From a virus (lineage: Duplodnaviria; Heunggongvirae; Uroviricota; Caudoviricetes), in IMG/VR virus record IMGVR_UViG_3300012007_000008, positions 1 through 64,000 of that record: a stretch of DNA of 64,000 nt, one strand, 5' to 3'. This document shows positions 17,816-29,323 of this stretch, piece by piece. A program made the position numbers and the translations under genes. How positions within the stretch are numbered: position 1 is the first letter of the stretch; the number at the start of each line of letters is the position of its first letter. The notes beneath the pieces are model-generated. The model made no database searches. It saw only the letters and a program-made list of their open reading frames with translations, and was not told where the DNA came from.

Positions 17816-20800
17816 TAAAGACATACTTTACGATGCTTCAGATCAGGCGTCAAAACGATTAAAGTTCAAGTTTCCTTACGATATTCGTGATTGGATTGAA
17901 AATAGAAACATGGTAATTGAAAATTATCATCGCCATGATGCTCTAAGTAATTTTTATACCACCGCCGATTCAGCTACGACTCCAGAACAGTTCTTAGAGT
18001 ATTCTAAAAATTATGGTTGTAGATTAATGTTTTCAACGCAACATGGATTCCAGGGGCCGTGGATGGAGATCTATGATCTGTGTAAAGATTCCGATTTAAA
18101 ATTCAGATACGGAGTCGAAGCTTATTGGGTAAAAGACAAAGATAGAGTGTTTGTCGAGGAGTATGAAGATAAGAAGCATAATAAAAAGACTCGTGAATTA
18201 AAAGACAGAACAAACTGTCATATGGTGTTAATCGCCAGGAATTATACTGGTGTCCGTAAGCTTAATTATATCCTGTCTGAGGCCGCTCAGAATGGATTTT
18301 ATTACCGCCCTCGTATAGATCTTAACCTATTATTTACATTGTCTCCAGAGGACGTATACGTGACCTCTGCGTGCATTGCAGGATGGCTATATCCAGATGC
18401 GGAAGAGATTTGGCTTAAAATCTGGAAACATTTCGGAGATAGTTTTTTCTTGGAGTATCAGGCTAACAATACGGAAAAACAAAAAGAACTAAATAGTAAA
18501 ATCTATAGAATGTCAAAGCAATTCGGAATTCAAACTATAATTGGACTTGATACTCACTATCTTAATGAAGAGGACAGAATAAAAAGAGAAAATCTTCTGC
18601 AGAGAAAGAAAATTTCCTATCCTGAAGAAGAGGGCTGGTATATGGATTTCCCCAAAGGAACGGTTGTCTTGAAGAGAATGCAGGAGCAAGATGTCCTTCC
18701 TCTTGATGAGATAATTTATTCCATGATGAATACGCATGTTTTTATAAACGGCTGCAAAGATTTTGAGTTGGATACAGATTTCAAAATCCCTATTGAACCG
18801 AAACTTGTTAATTACACATATGACGAAAGATCAAAGGTATTACAGAATATATTGAATTCTCAATATCTTAAAGAACAAAATAAGTCAAAAGAAAGGATTG
18901 ACGGAATCCGCTATGAATTTGGAGAAATATATGGAAGCGGAACTGTCGATTATTTTATAGATAATTATGACATTATTAAACTCGCTACTTCTCCTAAATA
19001 TGGCGGTCAGTTGACTACCACGTCAAGAGGGTCGGCTGCGTCTTACTACTGTAGTAAACTTTTGGGTTTTACGACAATGGATCGTTTTGAAGTTGATGTC
19101 CCGATTTATCCAGAAAGATTTATAACAAAGGATCGAATATTGGCGTCTCATCAAATGCCGGACGTGGATCTGAATACAAGTTCTCAAGAGCCATTCGTAA
19201 AAGCTTCAAGGGAAATAATAGGAGAACATTCATGTTATCCGTTACTTGCAATTGGAACTCTTGGTGAAAAATCTGGATTTAAATTATATGCCAGCATAAA
19301 GGGAATTGAGCCAACAGTTGCAAATGATATTTCTAAATGCATAGATCAGTATAACGAAGCGTTAAAACAAGCAGAAGATGATGAAAAAGAAGATATCCGC
19401 ATCGAAGATTTCATAAAAAATGCTGAATATCTAAAAATATTTAATGAGTCAAAGCCGTATCAGGGAATTCCTGAAAATGCGAAAGTTCATGCTTGCGGAC
19501 ATATTCTCTTCAATGGAAATATTCGTCAGAAGGACGTTGTAGGGTATGGAGATATTCGTTATGAAATAGGGCTGATGAGATGTGTTTCTGAAAGCACCGG
19601 GAAATCTGTGGTTGTTGCGTGTGTTGAAGGAAGTCTTCTTGATAGCTACGGGTACGTAAAGTCGGATTTTCTGATCGTGGATGTTGTCAGCATAATCAAT
19701 AAACTATACTCAAGTATAGGAAAACCAGTTCCAACGACAACAGAGCTTCGCAAGATGGTTGAAAACGATTCTAAGACATGGAAGTTATATGAAATAGGAG
19801 CTACATGTTGTTTGAATCAATGTGAAAAATCTTCTACGACAAAAAAAGCGATGCAGTATAAACCTAAATCAATAAAAGAACTATCGGCGTTTATTGCTGG
19901 TATTAGACCAGGGTTTAAGTCACATATTGATAATTTTCTTGCACGAAAGCCATATACGAACGGAGAACCAGCGATAGATGATTTATTGTCGGGCTGTTTT
20001 AATTATATGATTTATCAAGAGGCGGTAATGAAGATCTTTGCCTATCTCGGAATTCCGATGAAGGATTCTTATGATACGATTAAGAAGATAAGTAAAAAGA
20101 AACTGAAAGGAGCCGCATTAAAACATGTTGAAGATACCTTAAAAGAACATTGGCTTGCGAACATTGGGAATACCGATAATTTTGATCCTGTATATCAGGT
20201 TGTGAAGGACTCGGCTCGCTATGCTTTTAATGCACCGCATGCCTTTGCTATGGCAAACGATAGTTTGTATGAAGCGTGGATGAAAGCTCATTACACAAGC
20301 AAATTTTATGAAGTGACATTAAATCATTATGCTGAAAAAGGAGATAAAAACAAAGTTGCGAAACTGGAAGAGGAAGCCAGACGTGTTTTTGGATATGAAA
20401 TTGGAACGTACGGATATGGACAGGATAATAGTAGGTTTCATGTTGATGATGAGAAGAAAATAATATACCCAAATTTAGGTTCCGTTAAGGGAATCGGAGC
20501 GAAAGCAGTTGAGGACTTATATCAAATATCGAAAAGTGGATATACCAATTTTGTTGATGTTTATATTGCAACTGCAAAAAGCAATGTTAACAAAACCGTT
20601 TTTACAAATCTGATTAAAATTGGATATTTTGAAAAATTTGGGTCTATTAAGAAACTACTTAGAGAAGTAGATATTGTAAATGAATGGAGTGGAGACTCAT
20701 GGAAAGGGCGTAAAGTATTATCTAAATCAGAATTGAATAAATATGATCTAACGGATGAGGAAATTAGAAGATTTGCGAGCGATATAACACCTAAAGGGAA

Positions 20801-21245
20801 TATAAGTAATACAAGATATACGATTACCGATTGGAAGGGAATTGCAAAACTACTTGCATCAAAAGTTCCAGAAGATGAATTCCCTCTTTCTGTTCTGATT
20901 AAATTTCAAATTGAGATCTTGCAATATATTGAATACAAGAATCCGAATTTGCCGAATAATTATGTTGCTATTACTAATCTTGATACTACTTATTCACCAA
21001 AATTTAATGCGTATCGCTTAATGGACGGTAAAATTGCTGAAATGAAGATCCATAAAAGATTGGATTTTCGGAATAAGAACATAAAAAAGTCTTTTGCAGA
21101 TAGCCCAGTGACAAATGGTGATATTATCAGGATCAATAAATGTGATAAAGAGCCTAAAAAGAGAAAAGGGCCTGATGGATGGGTCTCTGTTCCTGGCATG
21201 TTCGACTGGTGGATAGATGATTATTGTATTGTAAATACATTATGA
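17793..21245 (+). CDS. DNA polymerase III alpha subunit (DnaE-type); start may be ATG 17805
   Basis: PHP domain; catalytic core SRGSAASYYCSKLLGFT...PDVDLN. Confidence 0.85.
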   Translation: MIPTMTIDKDILYDASDQASKRLKFKFPYDIRDWIENRNMVIENYHRHDALSNFYTTADSATTPEQFLEYSKNYGCRLMFSTQHGFQGPWMEIYDLCKDSDLKFRYGVEAYWVKDKDRVFVEEYEDKKHNKKTRELKDRTNCHMVLIARNYTGVRKLNYILSEAAQNGFYYRPRIDLNLLFTLSPEDVYVTSACIAGWLYPDAEEIWLKIWKHFGDSFFLEYQANNTEKQKELNSKIYRMSKQFGIQTIIGLDTHYLNEEDRIKRENLLQRKKISYPEEEGWYMDFPKGTVVLKRMQEQDVLPLDEIIYSMMNTHVFINGCKDFELDTDFKIPIEPKLVNYTYDERSKVLQNILNSQYLKEQNKSKERIDGIRYEFGEIYGSGTVDYFIDNYDIIKLATSPKYGGQLTTTSRGSAASYYCSKLLGFTTMDRFEVDVPIYPERFITKDRILASHQMPDVDLNTSSQEPFVKASREIIGEHSCYPLLAIGTLGEKSGFKLYASIKGIEPTVANDISKCIDQYNEALKQAEDDEKEDIRIEDFIKNAEYLKIFNESKPYQGIPENAKVHACGHILFNGNIRQKDVVGYGDIRYEIGLMRCVSESTGKSVVVACVEGSLLDSYGYVKSDFLIVDVVSIINKLYSSIGKPVPTTTELRKMVENDSKTWKLYEIGATCCLNQCEKSSTTKKAMQYKPKSIKELSAFIAGIRPGFKSHIDNFLARKPYTNGEPAIDDLLSGCFNYMIYQEAVMKIFAYLGIPMKDSYDTIKKISKKKLKGAALKHVEDTLKEHWLANIGNTDNFDPVYQVVKDSARYAFNAPHAFAMANDSLYEAWMKAHYTSKFYEVTLNHYAEKGDKNKVAKLEEEARRVFGYEIGTYGYGQDNSRFHVDDEKKIIYPNLGSVKGIGAKAVEDLYQISKSGYTNFVDVYIATAKSNVNKTVFTNLIKIGYFEKFGSIKKLLREVDIVNEWSGDSWKGRKVLSKSELNKYDLTDEEIRRFASDITPKGNISNTRYTITDWKGIAKLLASKVPEDEFPLSVLIKFQIEILQYIEYKNPNLPNNYVAITNLDTTYSPKFNAYRLMDGKIAEMKIHKRLDFRNKNIKKSFADSPVTNGDIIRINKCDKEPKKRKGPDGWVSVPGMFDWWIDDYCIVNTL

Positions 21246-21254
21246 GGTAGTTTA

Positions 21255-21821
21255 ATGTTAAAAGAATTTAGATACTCCGAAACATAGAAAAAATAGATCA
21301 TCAAGAGTATGACTATTCTCCATGACACGAGATAGAAGTGCAACGAGCATATACTTGATTATTTTGACAGGAAAGGAATTCCGCATAAAGAACGTGCGTT
21401 AGAGCAAGGCGATTATTCTTTTATGATTCCTAAAAACGAGAAACTATCTATCTTAAGAGACTTGATATTTGACAAGTAGATAGTTATAGAAAGGAAAAGA
21501 AACCTTGATGAAATCGCCGGGAATCTCACAAATAAAAAAGATAAAAAGACCGGAGAGATATTAGACCATCGAGACAGATTTGAAAAGGAACTAACCTTAG
21601 CTCCGCATAATAAAATACTTCTCATAGAGAATGCAGATTATGAAGACTTGTCAGAAGCCAGATATCGTAGCGAATACAATAATCAGGCTTTTATGGCAAG
21701 CCTTCATACGTTCTGGTGGAGATATAATCTGCCGATATTCTTTATGAAGAATGATAAATATTCTGGAGAATTTATTTATAAAACATTTGGATACTATTTT
21801 AAAACAGTAATTTTGAGGTAA
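21255..21821 (+). CDS. ERCC4/XPF-like nuclease, possible resolvase, with five in-frame TAG codons
   Basis: hand translation gives GDYSF...IVIERKRNLDEIAGNL (ERK motif); missed by the ORF track because of the TAGs. Confidence 0.55.
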
Positions 21822-21823
21822 AT

Positions 21824-22630
21824 ATGGATAGAGATTTTAAGAGAAAAGTATTTGGCCTTATGGCTGACAAGTTTGAAACTGATGCATTTCGAGATTACTT
21901 CCTCGATCTATGTGCCGAACTTCCTGATTATGTATTCACAATACCGAGTTCAACATCCAAGAAATACCATTCTAAGCAACAATGTGTTACTCCTGGCGGC
22001 CAGATAATTCATGTATATCTGTTCAGTAGTATTCTGAATCACTTGCTTAGGCTTGAACATAATAGGGAAATCTTCGGTACGCCGGAGATCCGCGATGCAA
22101 TGAGAGTCGTCCCAATGGCTCACGACGCTATTAAGTGTGGCTGGAATGGCAGCAAATATACTGTTCCGAATCACCCTAAGCTGGCGGCGGAATGGATCTT
22201 AACAGTAAAAACGGAACACGACATCCCCAAGAGGTACAAGGAAGCTATTGCTGGGATGTGCGAAGCTCACTCTGGCGAATGGAATAAAGACCGCTCTGGC
22301 AACGAAATCATGAAAAAGCCAGAGAATCAAATGGAATTCCTGATACACGAATGCGATATCTTAGCGAGCCGTTCAGACATTATCTGGGATGTACCAAGAG
22401 AACTATCTGAAATAATGCACTTTGGTGAAGATGATGATCCTGGTTATGAGAAGATCACATGGAAGAATTATACCCTTCCATTTGGAAAGTATAAGGGAAA
22501 GACGTGGGAACAGATCGACAACGATGATCCAGGTTATATACAGTGGGCGCTTGATAAATTGGAAGCGACGAACGTAAAGAAATATCTTATTGATTATATT
22601 AAACTGAAGGAAGTAGCAAATAAGTCATGA
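21824..22630 (+). CDS. HD-domain phosphohydrolase with DUF3820-like C-terminal domain
   Basis: His...HD (PMAHDAIK) motifs; C-terminal PFGKYKGKTWEQIDNDDPGYIQWAL. Confidence 0.55.
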   Translation: MDRDFKRKVFGLMADKFETDAFRDYFLDLCAELPDYVFTIPSSTSKKYHSKQQCVTPGGQIIHVYLFSSILNHLLRLEHNREIFGTPEIRDAMRVVPMAHDAIKCGWNGSKYTVPNHPKLAAEWILTVKTEHDIPKRYKEAIAGMCEAHSGEWNKDRSGNEIMKKPENQMEFLIHECDILASRSDIIWDVPRELSEIMHFGEDDDPGYEKITWKNYTLPFGKYKGKTWEQIDNDDPGYIQWALDKLEATNVKKYLIDYIKLKEVANKS

Positions 22631-22842
22631 ACAGAAAAAATTTTGAATGGGATGAATAGAACGGACAGTGGGAAGGATGCGGAAATTTGGACGATTACGA
22701 TTGTATAGAACTTTGGAATACTTGCTCTCACTGCGACCATTGTTACTTAGAAAATGATAATACGATGGTTTGCGAATTGGACGATCATATAGTAAGTGTA
22801 GATACTATTTGTGATTATAATATGAAAAGTGAATTGCTATAA
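22627..22842 (+). CDS. small Cys-rich protein with one in-frame TAG
   Basis: ATGA overlap with upstream gene; CxxC motifs. Confidence 0.4.
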
Positions 22843-22922
22843 TGATTTCATAATTTTCGGACTTTGTTCAAGTGTAAATTTAGAAGTATATAAGGCAATA
22901 AAATATAGGAAGGGAAAGATAA

Positions 22923-23132
22923 ATGAATTACGATGACGTTAGAAATACGATCATGAAGAGGATTGATGAGAAAAAACAGGCTGTTATAGAACACATAAAT
23001 TCGGCGGCTAAACTCGAAGATTGGGAAGAGATTAAGGATGAGATCGAATTTATCCTCCAGGCCCATGGCGCAGTGATGGTAATCGACCACACACGAGAGA
23101 TCGGAGAAAAAGCTACCGAATCATCCAATTAA
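22923..23132 (+). CDS. hypothetical protein
   Basis: 69-aa ORF, SD AGGAAGGGAAAG. Confidence 0.4.
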   Translation: MNYDDVRNTIMKRIDEKKQAVIEHINSAAKLEDWEEIKDEIEFILQAHGAVMVIDHTREIGEKATESSN

Positions 23133-23157
23133 CATGTATATACAAAAGGAGGAACTT

Positions 23158-23415
23158 ATGGCAAGAAGAAGAGGAAAGAAGAAGCCCGTCGAGAAGAAGA
23201 ATAATGTTCAGACAATCAAGAAGAAGGGAAACGGATCCGACTTGAAGCCGACACGTTGTTCGCTTTGCCGTTTTGCAACGGATTCGAGAGGCAATGTCTG
23301 TTATGCCAGAGCAAGACTTCTTCCTGAATTCGAGAAGGTAGATTGTGTTCCGGCATTGATTCATTACTCTGATATGCAGCTAGAGACATTGATCTCCGAA
23401 AGGAGGTTTTCATGA
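23158..23415 (+). CDS. basic zinc-ribbon protein
   Basis: MARRRGKKKP...CSLC...C; SD AAGGAGG. Confidence 0.45.
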   Translation: MARRRGKKKPVEKKNNVQTIKKKGNGSDLKPTRCSLCRFATDSRGNVCYARARLLPEFEKVDCVPALIHYSDMQLETLISERRFS

Positions 23416-23663
23416 AGCTGCGGAATTTGGACAAAGATGATCTATACAGATTCTTCAAAGTCGTTGATAAATGCGAGGAAGATGTTGAACTCGTCGTTAA
23501 AGACGAGATGAGACTGAACCTGAAGAGCAAGCTCAGCCAGTTTGTTTCTCTCGTTGGACTTTTCTCACAGGTAAAAGTGCCGGAAATTGAGATTTACTGT
23601 AAGTCTAACCGCGACGTAAACAGGCTGGTTGATTTTCTTGTCGCAGACGGAGGGACGTATTGA
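23412..23663 (+). CDS. hypothetical protein
   Basis: 83-aa ORF, ATGA overlap. Confidence 0.4.
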   Translation: MKLRNLDKDDLYRFFKVVDKCEEDVELVVKDEMRLNLKSKLSQFVSLVGLFSQVKVPEIEIYCKSNRDVNRLVDFLVADGGTY

Positions 23664-23666
23664 ATT

Positions 23667-23900
23667 ATGAATATGCATATCAGGCTGGACTATGAAAATC
23701 CTGACATTTTTAAGGAGTTTTCTTCCGACGTAAATTCATTCAAGTCTGACATTGATGCAAAATCCGGGAGTATCCACGTAGACGCGAAAAGCCTTCTCGC
23801 TATTGTGGCTCTCGGAAAACCTGAATTCGATGTAACTATTGTTAGCTCAGACGCCGCTGAAATAGCGAGGTTTAAGAAAGTGATGGAGAAGTATACGTGA
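23667..23900 (+). CDS. hypothetical protein
   Basis: 77-aa ORF. Confidence 0.4.
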   Translation: MNMHIRLDYENPDIFKEFSSDVNSFKSDIDAKSGSIHVDAKSLLAIVALGKPEFDVTIVSSDAAEIARFKKVMEKYT

Positions 23901-24568
23901 AATTTGAAAACTGGCAGTGCTTCAATTTTATTGGGGCAATACAAGGCGCAAGAAATCCTTTTAACTCTTGGGAGAGGATGGATTCTTATGAACAAAACGG
24001 AAACGATGTTGCCGATTAGATTGAACCTAATAACATAATTATCGGGCCAAATGACCTGAAATTATGTCAGAATTTGTTGAAATCAGCAACAAAAGATCAT
24101 AGAGATTCACATTCAAAATTCTTACGGCAAATTATGGTGAGTGTTGATGTAACAGCGCCACTTTACTTTTTCAAGGAATGGGACACCTACAAGGTGGCGA
24201 CCACAACCAACTCCACGTCAACAATGTGGAAGCTTGCCTCTACCCCTATTACAAGAGAATGCTTTGAATTCGGTGATTATTCAGAAAACGAGGGTCTCGA
24301 TGACTTCTGGAGTGAATTGATAAATTATCTGGAACTTATCAGACAAACATTTAATAAAACAAAAGACAAGGCTGATTGGAAGGAATTGATCCGCCTTTTG
24401 CCGGAATCGTGGTTACAGACCAGACACTGGACTGGAAACTATCAGGTTCTGCGCAACATGTATTTTGACAGACGCAATCACAAGCTCACTGAATGGAACA
24501 AGGATTTTGTCGGTTGGGTTGAGCAACTTCCTTATGCAAAGGAACTCATCATGTACGAAGGAGACTAA
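23897..24568 (+). CDS. hypothetical protein with one in-frame TAG; GTG start
   Basis: SD GGAGAAG before GTG 23897; continues through TAG into the 24074 ORF. Confidence 0.45.
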
Positions 24569-24624
24569 ACAGTGAATGGATGTAACATAAAGCATATAGA
24601 AGAAACCGGCAAGGAGGAAGAGAA

Positions 24625-25218
24625 GTGTTTGTGATCATTGGCCGTAGCTGCTCCGGTAAGGACACTGTAGCTAAGGAGCTGGAGCGCCGTGGATACTTCC
24701 GTTACCGGACATACACGACTCGTCCTCAGCGTCCAGGGGAGCCGGATGATGCCTACAAGTTCGTTTCAGAACCTGTGTTTCTTGACATGGTTGGTCACGA
24801 CGAGTTCATGGAATATCGCAAATACACCGTCGCAGATGGCAGTGTATGGTACTACGGTTCAGAATGGCCTGTTGTAGGCAAAACTGACAACAAAAACTTT
24901 ATCATTCTTACACCGGACGGTTATCTGAACGCAAAGGATAAACTACCGGATGGATCTTACTGTATCTTGATCGACTGTAATAATGCAACGATTTTGAAGA
25001 GGTTTAAAAAGCGAGGAGATAGCCGGGAGGAATCTACCAGAAGATTTGAGACTGACGTTAAAGATTTTCAGAAAGCGTACCACATTGCAGATCACGTTTT
25101 CTATAACAATGACGGAAGGGATATCGAAGAACTGGCGGATGAGATAGAGGGATTCCTAGAGACAGAAAAGACTCAGGTTCGCGGGATTTATCCTCACGAC
25201 GGTTATCCACATGATTGA
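24625..25218 (+). CDS. P-loop nucleotide kinase, guanylate-kinase-like
   Basis: Walker A GRSCSGKDT; Gmk signature YTTRPQRPGE...YKFVS. Confidence 0.6.
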   Translation: MFVIIGRSCSGKDTVAKELERRGYFRYRTYTTRPQRPGEPDDAYKFVSEPVFLDMVGHDEFMEYRKYTVADGSVWYYGSEWPVVGKTDNKNFIILTPDGYLNAKDKLPDGSYCILIDCNNATILKRFKKRGDSREESTRRFETDVKDFQKAYHIADHVFYNNDGRDIEELADEIEGFLETEKTQVRGIYPHDGYPHD

Positions 25219-25423
25219 GGAGGTTGGTATGGCGGGCATGTCTATGTGTCAAAGTAAAACATGTAAGAAACGTTACTATTGCTATCGTTATAAGGCAGTT
25301 CCAGATAGACTCCAAGGATATTCTGTTGATGATCCGTCAGACCCCAAGGATGGATGTGATTTTTTCTGGGACATGAGACCTTCGGAGGAAAAGAATGACG
25401 GAATACAATTATAGAGGGTTTAA
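25211..25423 (+). CDS. Cys-rich hypothetical protein; terminal TAG read through for 2 codons
   Basis: 67-aa ORF ends TAG AGG GTT TAA. Confidence 0.35.
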
Positions 25424-25577
25424 GGCGATCATCCGGTTTGACGAAAAGGAAAATCTTTATGTCGGAAGAGTGGTCGGTACAGAAATTCATTTTGAGGGTG
25501 CCACTGAAGACTTAGCTAAGTCTCATTGTAGGCGCTCTATTAACGCTTTTATCGACTTCAGAAATGAAGGTCGATAA
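25395..25577 (+). CDS. hypothetical protein, HicB/UPF0150-like fold suspected
   Basis: 60-aa ORF. Confidence 0.3.
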   Translation: MTEYNYRGFKAIIRFDEKENLYVGRVVGTEIHFEGATEDLAKSHCRRSINAFIDFRNEGR

Positions 25578-25608
25578 TTTGTAATATTAAAGAAGGAGGT
25601 AGTAGTTT

Positions 25609-28600
25609 ATGAGGGTAATCAAGAGAGACGGAAGAAAAGTTGAATTTCAAGAAGACAAGGTAAAAATAGCCGTCTTAAAAGCCTTCAAGCAAATAGACGG
25701 AGAAACAACAGAGTATGCCAGAGATAAAGCTGATGCCATAGCCAAATATATAAAAAGCATGGATAAGGATCTGAATGTTGAAGAAATCCAGGATATTGTA
25801 GAATCAAAGCTGATGGCTTGTAACCGTAAAGACGTCGCAAAGGCATATATTATATATAGAAACGACAGAAGCCGAGAGCGTGAGAAGAATAGCTCTTTGA
25901 TGAAAAAAGTTGGCGTAAAGATTAAGGCCGCTAATATTCAGAACCAGAATGCCAACGTTGATGAAAAGTCGTTTGGTGGAAGGATCGGAGAGGCCAGCGG
26001 GGAACTCCTTCGTCAGTATGCTATCGACAATCTTTTATCTGACCTTTCCCGGAATAATCATTTGAACAATGAAATCTATATTCATGACCTAGATCATTAC
26101 GCGGTTGGTGATCATAATTGTTTGTCGATTCCATTTGATAAGCTTTTAGCGGAGGGATTCAATACTAGACAGACAGACGTCCGTCCGGCTCAATCGGTAA
26201 ATACGGCTTTTCAGTTGGTTGCCGTGATCTTCCAGCTACAGTCTCTTCAGCAATTTGGCGGAGTATCTGCCACGCATATAGATCACACAATGGTGCCTTA
26301 TGTCAGGAAGAGCTTTTATAAGCATTATGTCACCGAATATTTGAAGCGCACAAAAGAGTTTCTTGATCTGGATCTGATGAATTATCTCTTTGATACGTAT
26401 GAAGATGAAATCGGGGTTGTCAGGAACAGATTCGACGATTGGGTCGAAGAACATAAAGACGAATTCACTGAGAAGACCGGACTTAGATTTGAGGATTTTA
26501 CTCTCGACAATAAAAATGGTCTTAATCAAGAGCTATTCCAAGCAGCTTTATTCGACACGATCAATGAAACATATCAGGCAGTTGAAGGAATGTATCACAA
26601 CCTAAAAATATTTGGGCGACTCAATAGTGATGTTGAGAACATAGCTGCCTAAACGGGGGAACTCTCACGGAGACAATCCCGTGCTAAATTTGCATCGTTA
26701 TAAAGCGGATACCATTTGAAATATTATAACGATACACTAAACGCCTAACGACTATCCACATGAAACGTGGAGTACACCCAAGCGGGTGGAAATGGCAGCC
26801 TCCTATTTTATAGGATGAAGATATAGTCTAATCTTTATGACAACATAAAGAAGTTCATAAGAGAACTGCATAGGAGTAGCGAACCTATGTGAATATTAAT
26901 GAAATACATTGCAAAGCAGATCAGGGAATCAATTGCCATTCACTTCTATTAATTACGGTACATGCATAACCCCGGAAGGGCGTATGGTAACAAAAGCAAT
27001 TTTAGATGTTTCAATTAAGGGTATTGGTGTGTTGCATAAAACGTCGATCTTCCCATGTGGAATATTCCAGTGTATGAAAGGTGTAAACCGTAAACCGGGT
27101 GATCCAAATTATGATCTGTTTAGGTTGGCGCTTAAATCAACGGCGCGACGTCTCTATCCAAATTATGCCAACGTAGACTGGTCTGGAAACGCCGGATACG
27201 ATCCGAATGATCCGAAAACTTATTTCTCAACGATGGGTAGGTGTAAGCTACAGCTCATCTAAAATCTTTTGAACCCCGCCCGGGGGTGTCGCAAAAGCGG
27301 CTAACGGTTAGGACTCATTGAGTTGAGACCGTGCTAAATAATCAAGAATGGTAAGTAACTAGGAGATGGTATTTTGGTTATTTACAAAATTACAAATATT
27401 ATAAATGGTAAAATTTATGTTGGTAAAACAACAAGATCTCTGAAAGATAGATGGAATCGACATATATACGACGCACTTTCGAATCGTCTTGATACACATT
27501 TTAGTAGAGCAATACGAAAATATGGCCCAGAAAACTTTTAGACTTAGATAATTGATTCTGCAAAATCAGATGAAGAGTTATCTAAAAAAGAAAAATACTG
27601 GATAAATTATTTTAACTCGTGTGAGAACGGATACAATGAAACGATAGGTGGGGACGGTGGAAATACATATATGTCGAAGACCACAGAAGAGATGGATAAA
27701 ATAAAACAGAAGATACGTTCTACGAAAATCGGAAAAGATAATCCAATGGCAAGACCAATCAAATTATTAAGCATGAAAACAGGCGAGGAACTTCATTTTG
27801 GGAGTGCAGCGTAGGTAAGAGATTATTTTGGTGAATCAAACCATAATTTTGTCACCAGAAGAGTAAAACGTTAGATTAAATATTTGTTTAAAGGCGAATG
27901 GAATATAGCATACGAAGAAGATGAATACCCTACGGATGTTAGGTTTGATAAATCAATAAGAAAAAGTTGCCACATCCTTGTATAGGATTTGTATACTGGA
28001 GAAGTCGGTGAATTTGTAAGTTATGCATCTGCGGAAAGACATTTTGGCGTTCGAAACAAAAAGTTTAGTGGAAAAGCTTACAAACACACGTGTAAAGAAT
28101 TTGTTGTTGAAAGTAGATATAAAATTACCATTCTTGATTAAAAGTGTATCGACTATCCCTGATGAATGTATGGGAGTAGGGCTGGAGATAGGCACCAGCG
28201 ATGTTTTAGGAAACGAAGCGTCTGAAAACCGAAGCGGAAGACTGCGGAGAAATCCTGCGAAAGCATAAATGAATTAACATTTAGTAGAAGATATAGTCAG
28301 TTCCTCTGGCGATAGAGGAGGGAAACGTGTAGAACTGTGAATGGGGCAGACATCAACGCCGAACCTGGAACAAACCCTCAAACGAAAGACGGGCGCGGTA
28401 ACATCTGTCCTGTGACAATTATTATGCCTACATTGGCCATGGAGGCGTCTGGAGAAGTAGGCGACAAGGACATCAATTCTTTCATGGAAATTCTCGACCA
28501 GAAAATCCATGAGGCAAAAGATATGCTCATTGAAAGGTATGAGTACATCTGTAGTCAGTCGCCGGATTCGGCTAAATTCATGTATGAGAATGGTACAATG

Positions 28601-29323
28601 CTTGGCTATAAACCAGAAGAAGGAATCCGTTCAGCTTTGAGGCACGGCACAATCGTAATAGGGCAGCTTGGCCTTGCTGAAACTCTTCAGATTTTGATTG
28701 GCTGTGACCATACTACAGATAAAGGTATGAAATTGGCAAAGGAGATCGAACAGCTTTTTAAAGATCGCTGTGCTCAGTTTAAGAAAGAATATCGCTTAAA
28801 CTTTGGTGTGTACTATACACCCGCTGAGAATCTTTGTTACACGGCCATGCAGAAATTCAGGGACCGGTACGGAATAATTGAGAATATTTCAGATAAAGAT
28901 TTCTTTACGAACTCGATACATGTTCCAGTTTGGGTTAACATGAATCCGTTTGAAAAGATCGATATTGAATCTCAACTGACGGGATATAGCAATGCGGGTT
29001 GTATTACATACACAGAGGTTGAGGGATCCGTTAAAAACAACATTGATGCTCTTGAAGAGATTGTGAACTATGCTATGGATCATGACATTCCGTATTTTGC
29101 TGTAAACGTGCCGAACGACACATGTATGGATTGTGGATACTGTGATGAAATCAATGATAAATGTCCAAAATGTGGTGGCACTAATATTCAGAGATTACGC
29201 AGAGTCACAGGCTATCTTACAGGAAATTACACTACAGCTTTCAATAAAGGCAAACAGCAAGAAGTGAATATGAGGGTGAAGCATTGGACATCAGATATGA
29301 AACTCCCTGATAACTGGGAATGA
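25609..29323 (+). CDS. nrdD: anaerobic ribonucleoside-triphosphate reductase NrdD, split gene: join(25609..26603,26902..27238,28328..29323)
   Basis: ATP-cone N-terminus; junctions restore HNL|NTLQSRSGNQLPFTSINYG and STMG|CRT...DGRGN; Gly-radical RVTGYL and CxxC..CxxC at C-terminus; exon lengths sum to 2328 nt in frame. Confidence 0.8.
26604..26901 (+). other. group I intron 1 in nrdD, no ORF
   Basis: 5' exon ends in U paired to G in P1 (CCU|AAA / UUUGGG); intron ends in G; R element AACGACTA (26747-54), S element AAGATATAGTC (26818-28). Confidence 0.6.
27239..28327 (+). other. group I intron 2 in nrdD, carrying a GIY-YIG HEG
   Basis: 5' exon ends ...GGU, intron ends G before TGT(Cys); R-like TCGACTA (28149-55), S AAGATATAGTC (28288-98). 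Confidence 0.6.
27374..28141 (+). CDS. GIY-YIG homing endonuclease, intron-encoded, five in-frame TAG codons
   Basis: SD AGGAGATGG, TTG start; MVIYKITNIINGKIYVGKTT...KYGPENF[TAG]T[TAG]IIDS...KYWINYF...GYNETIGG; NUMOD-like C-terminus. Confidence 0.65.

Noticed and set aside
23897-24568. Assignment of this gene as a ThyX flavin-dependent thymidylate synthase
   Set aside because: Only vague resemblance. The RHR...S.RY signature is not present. Left as hypothetical.
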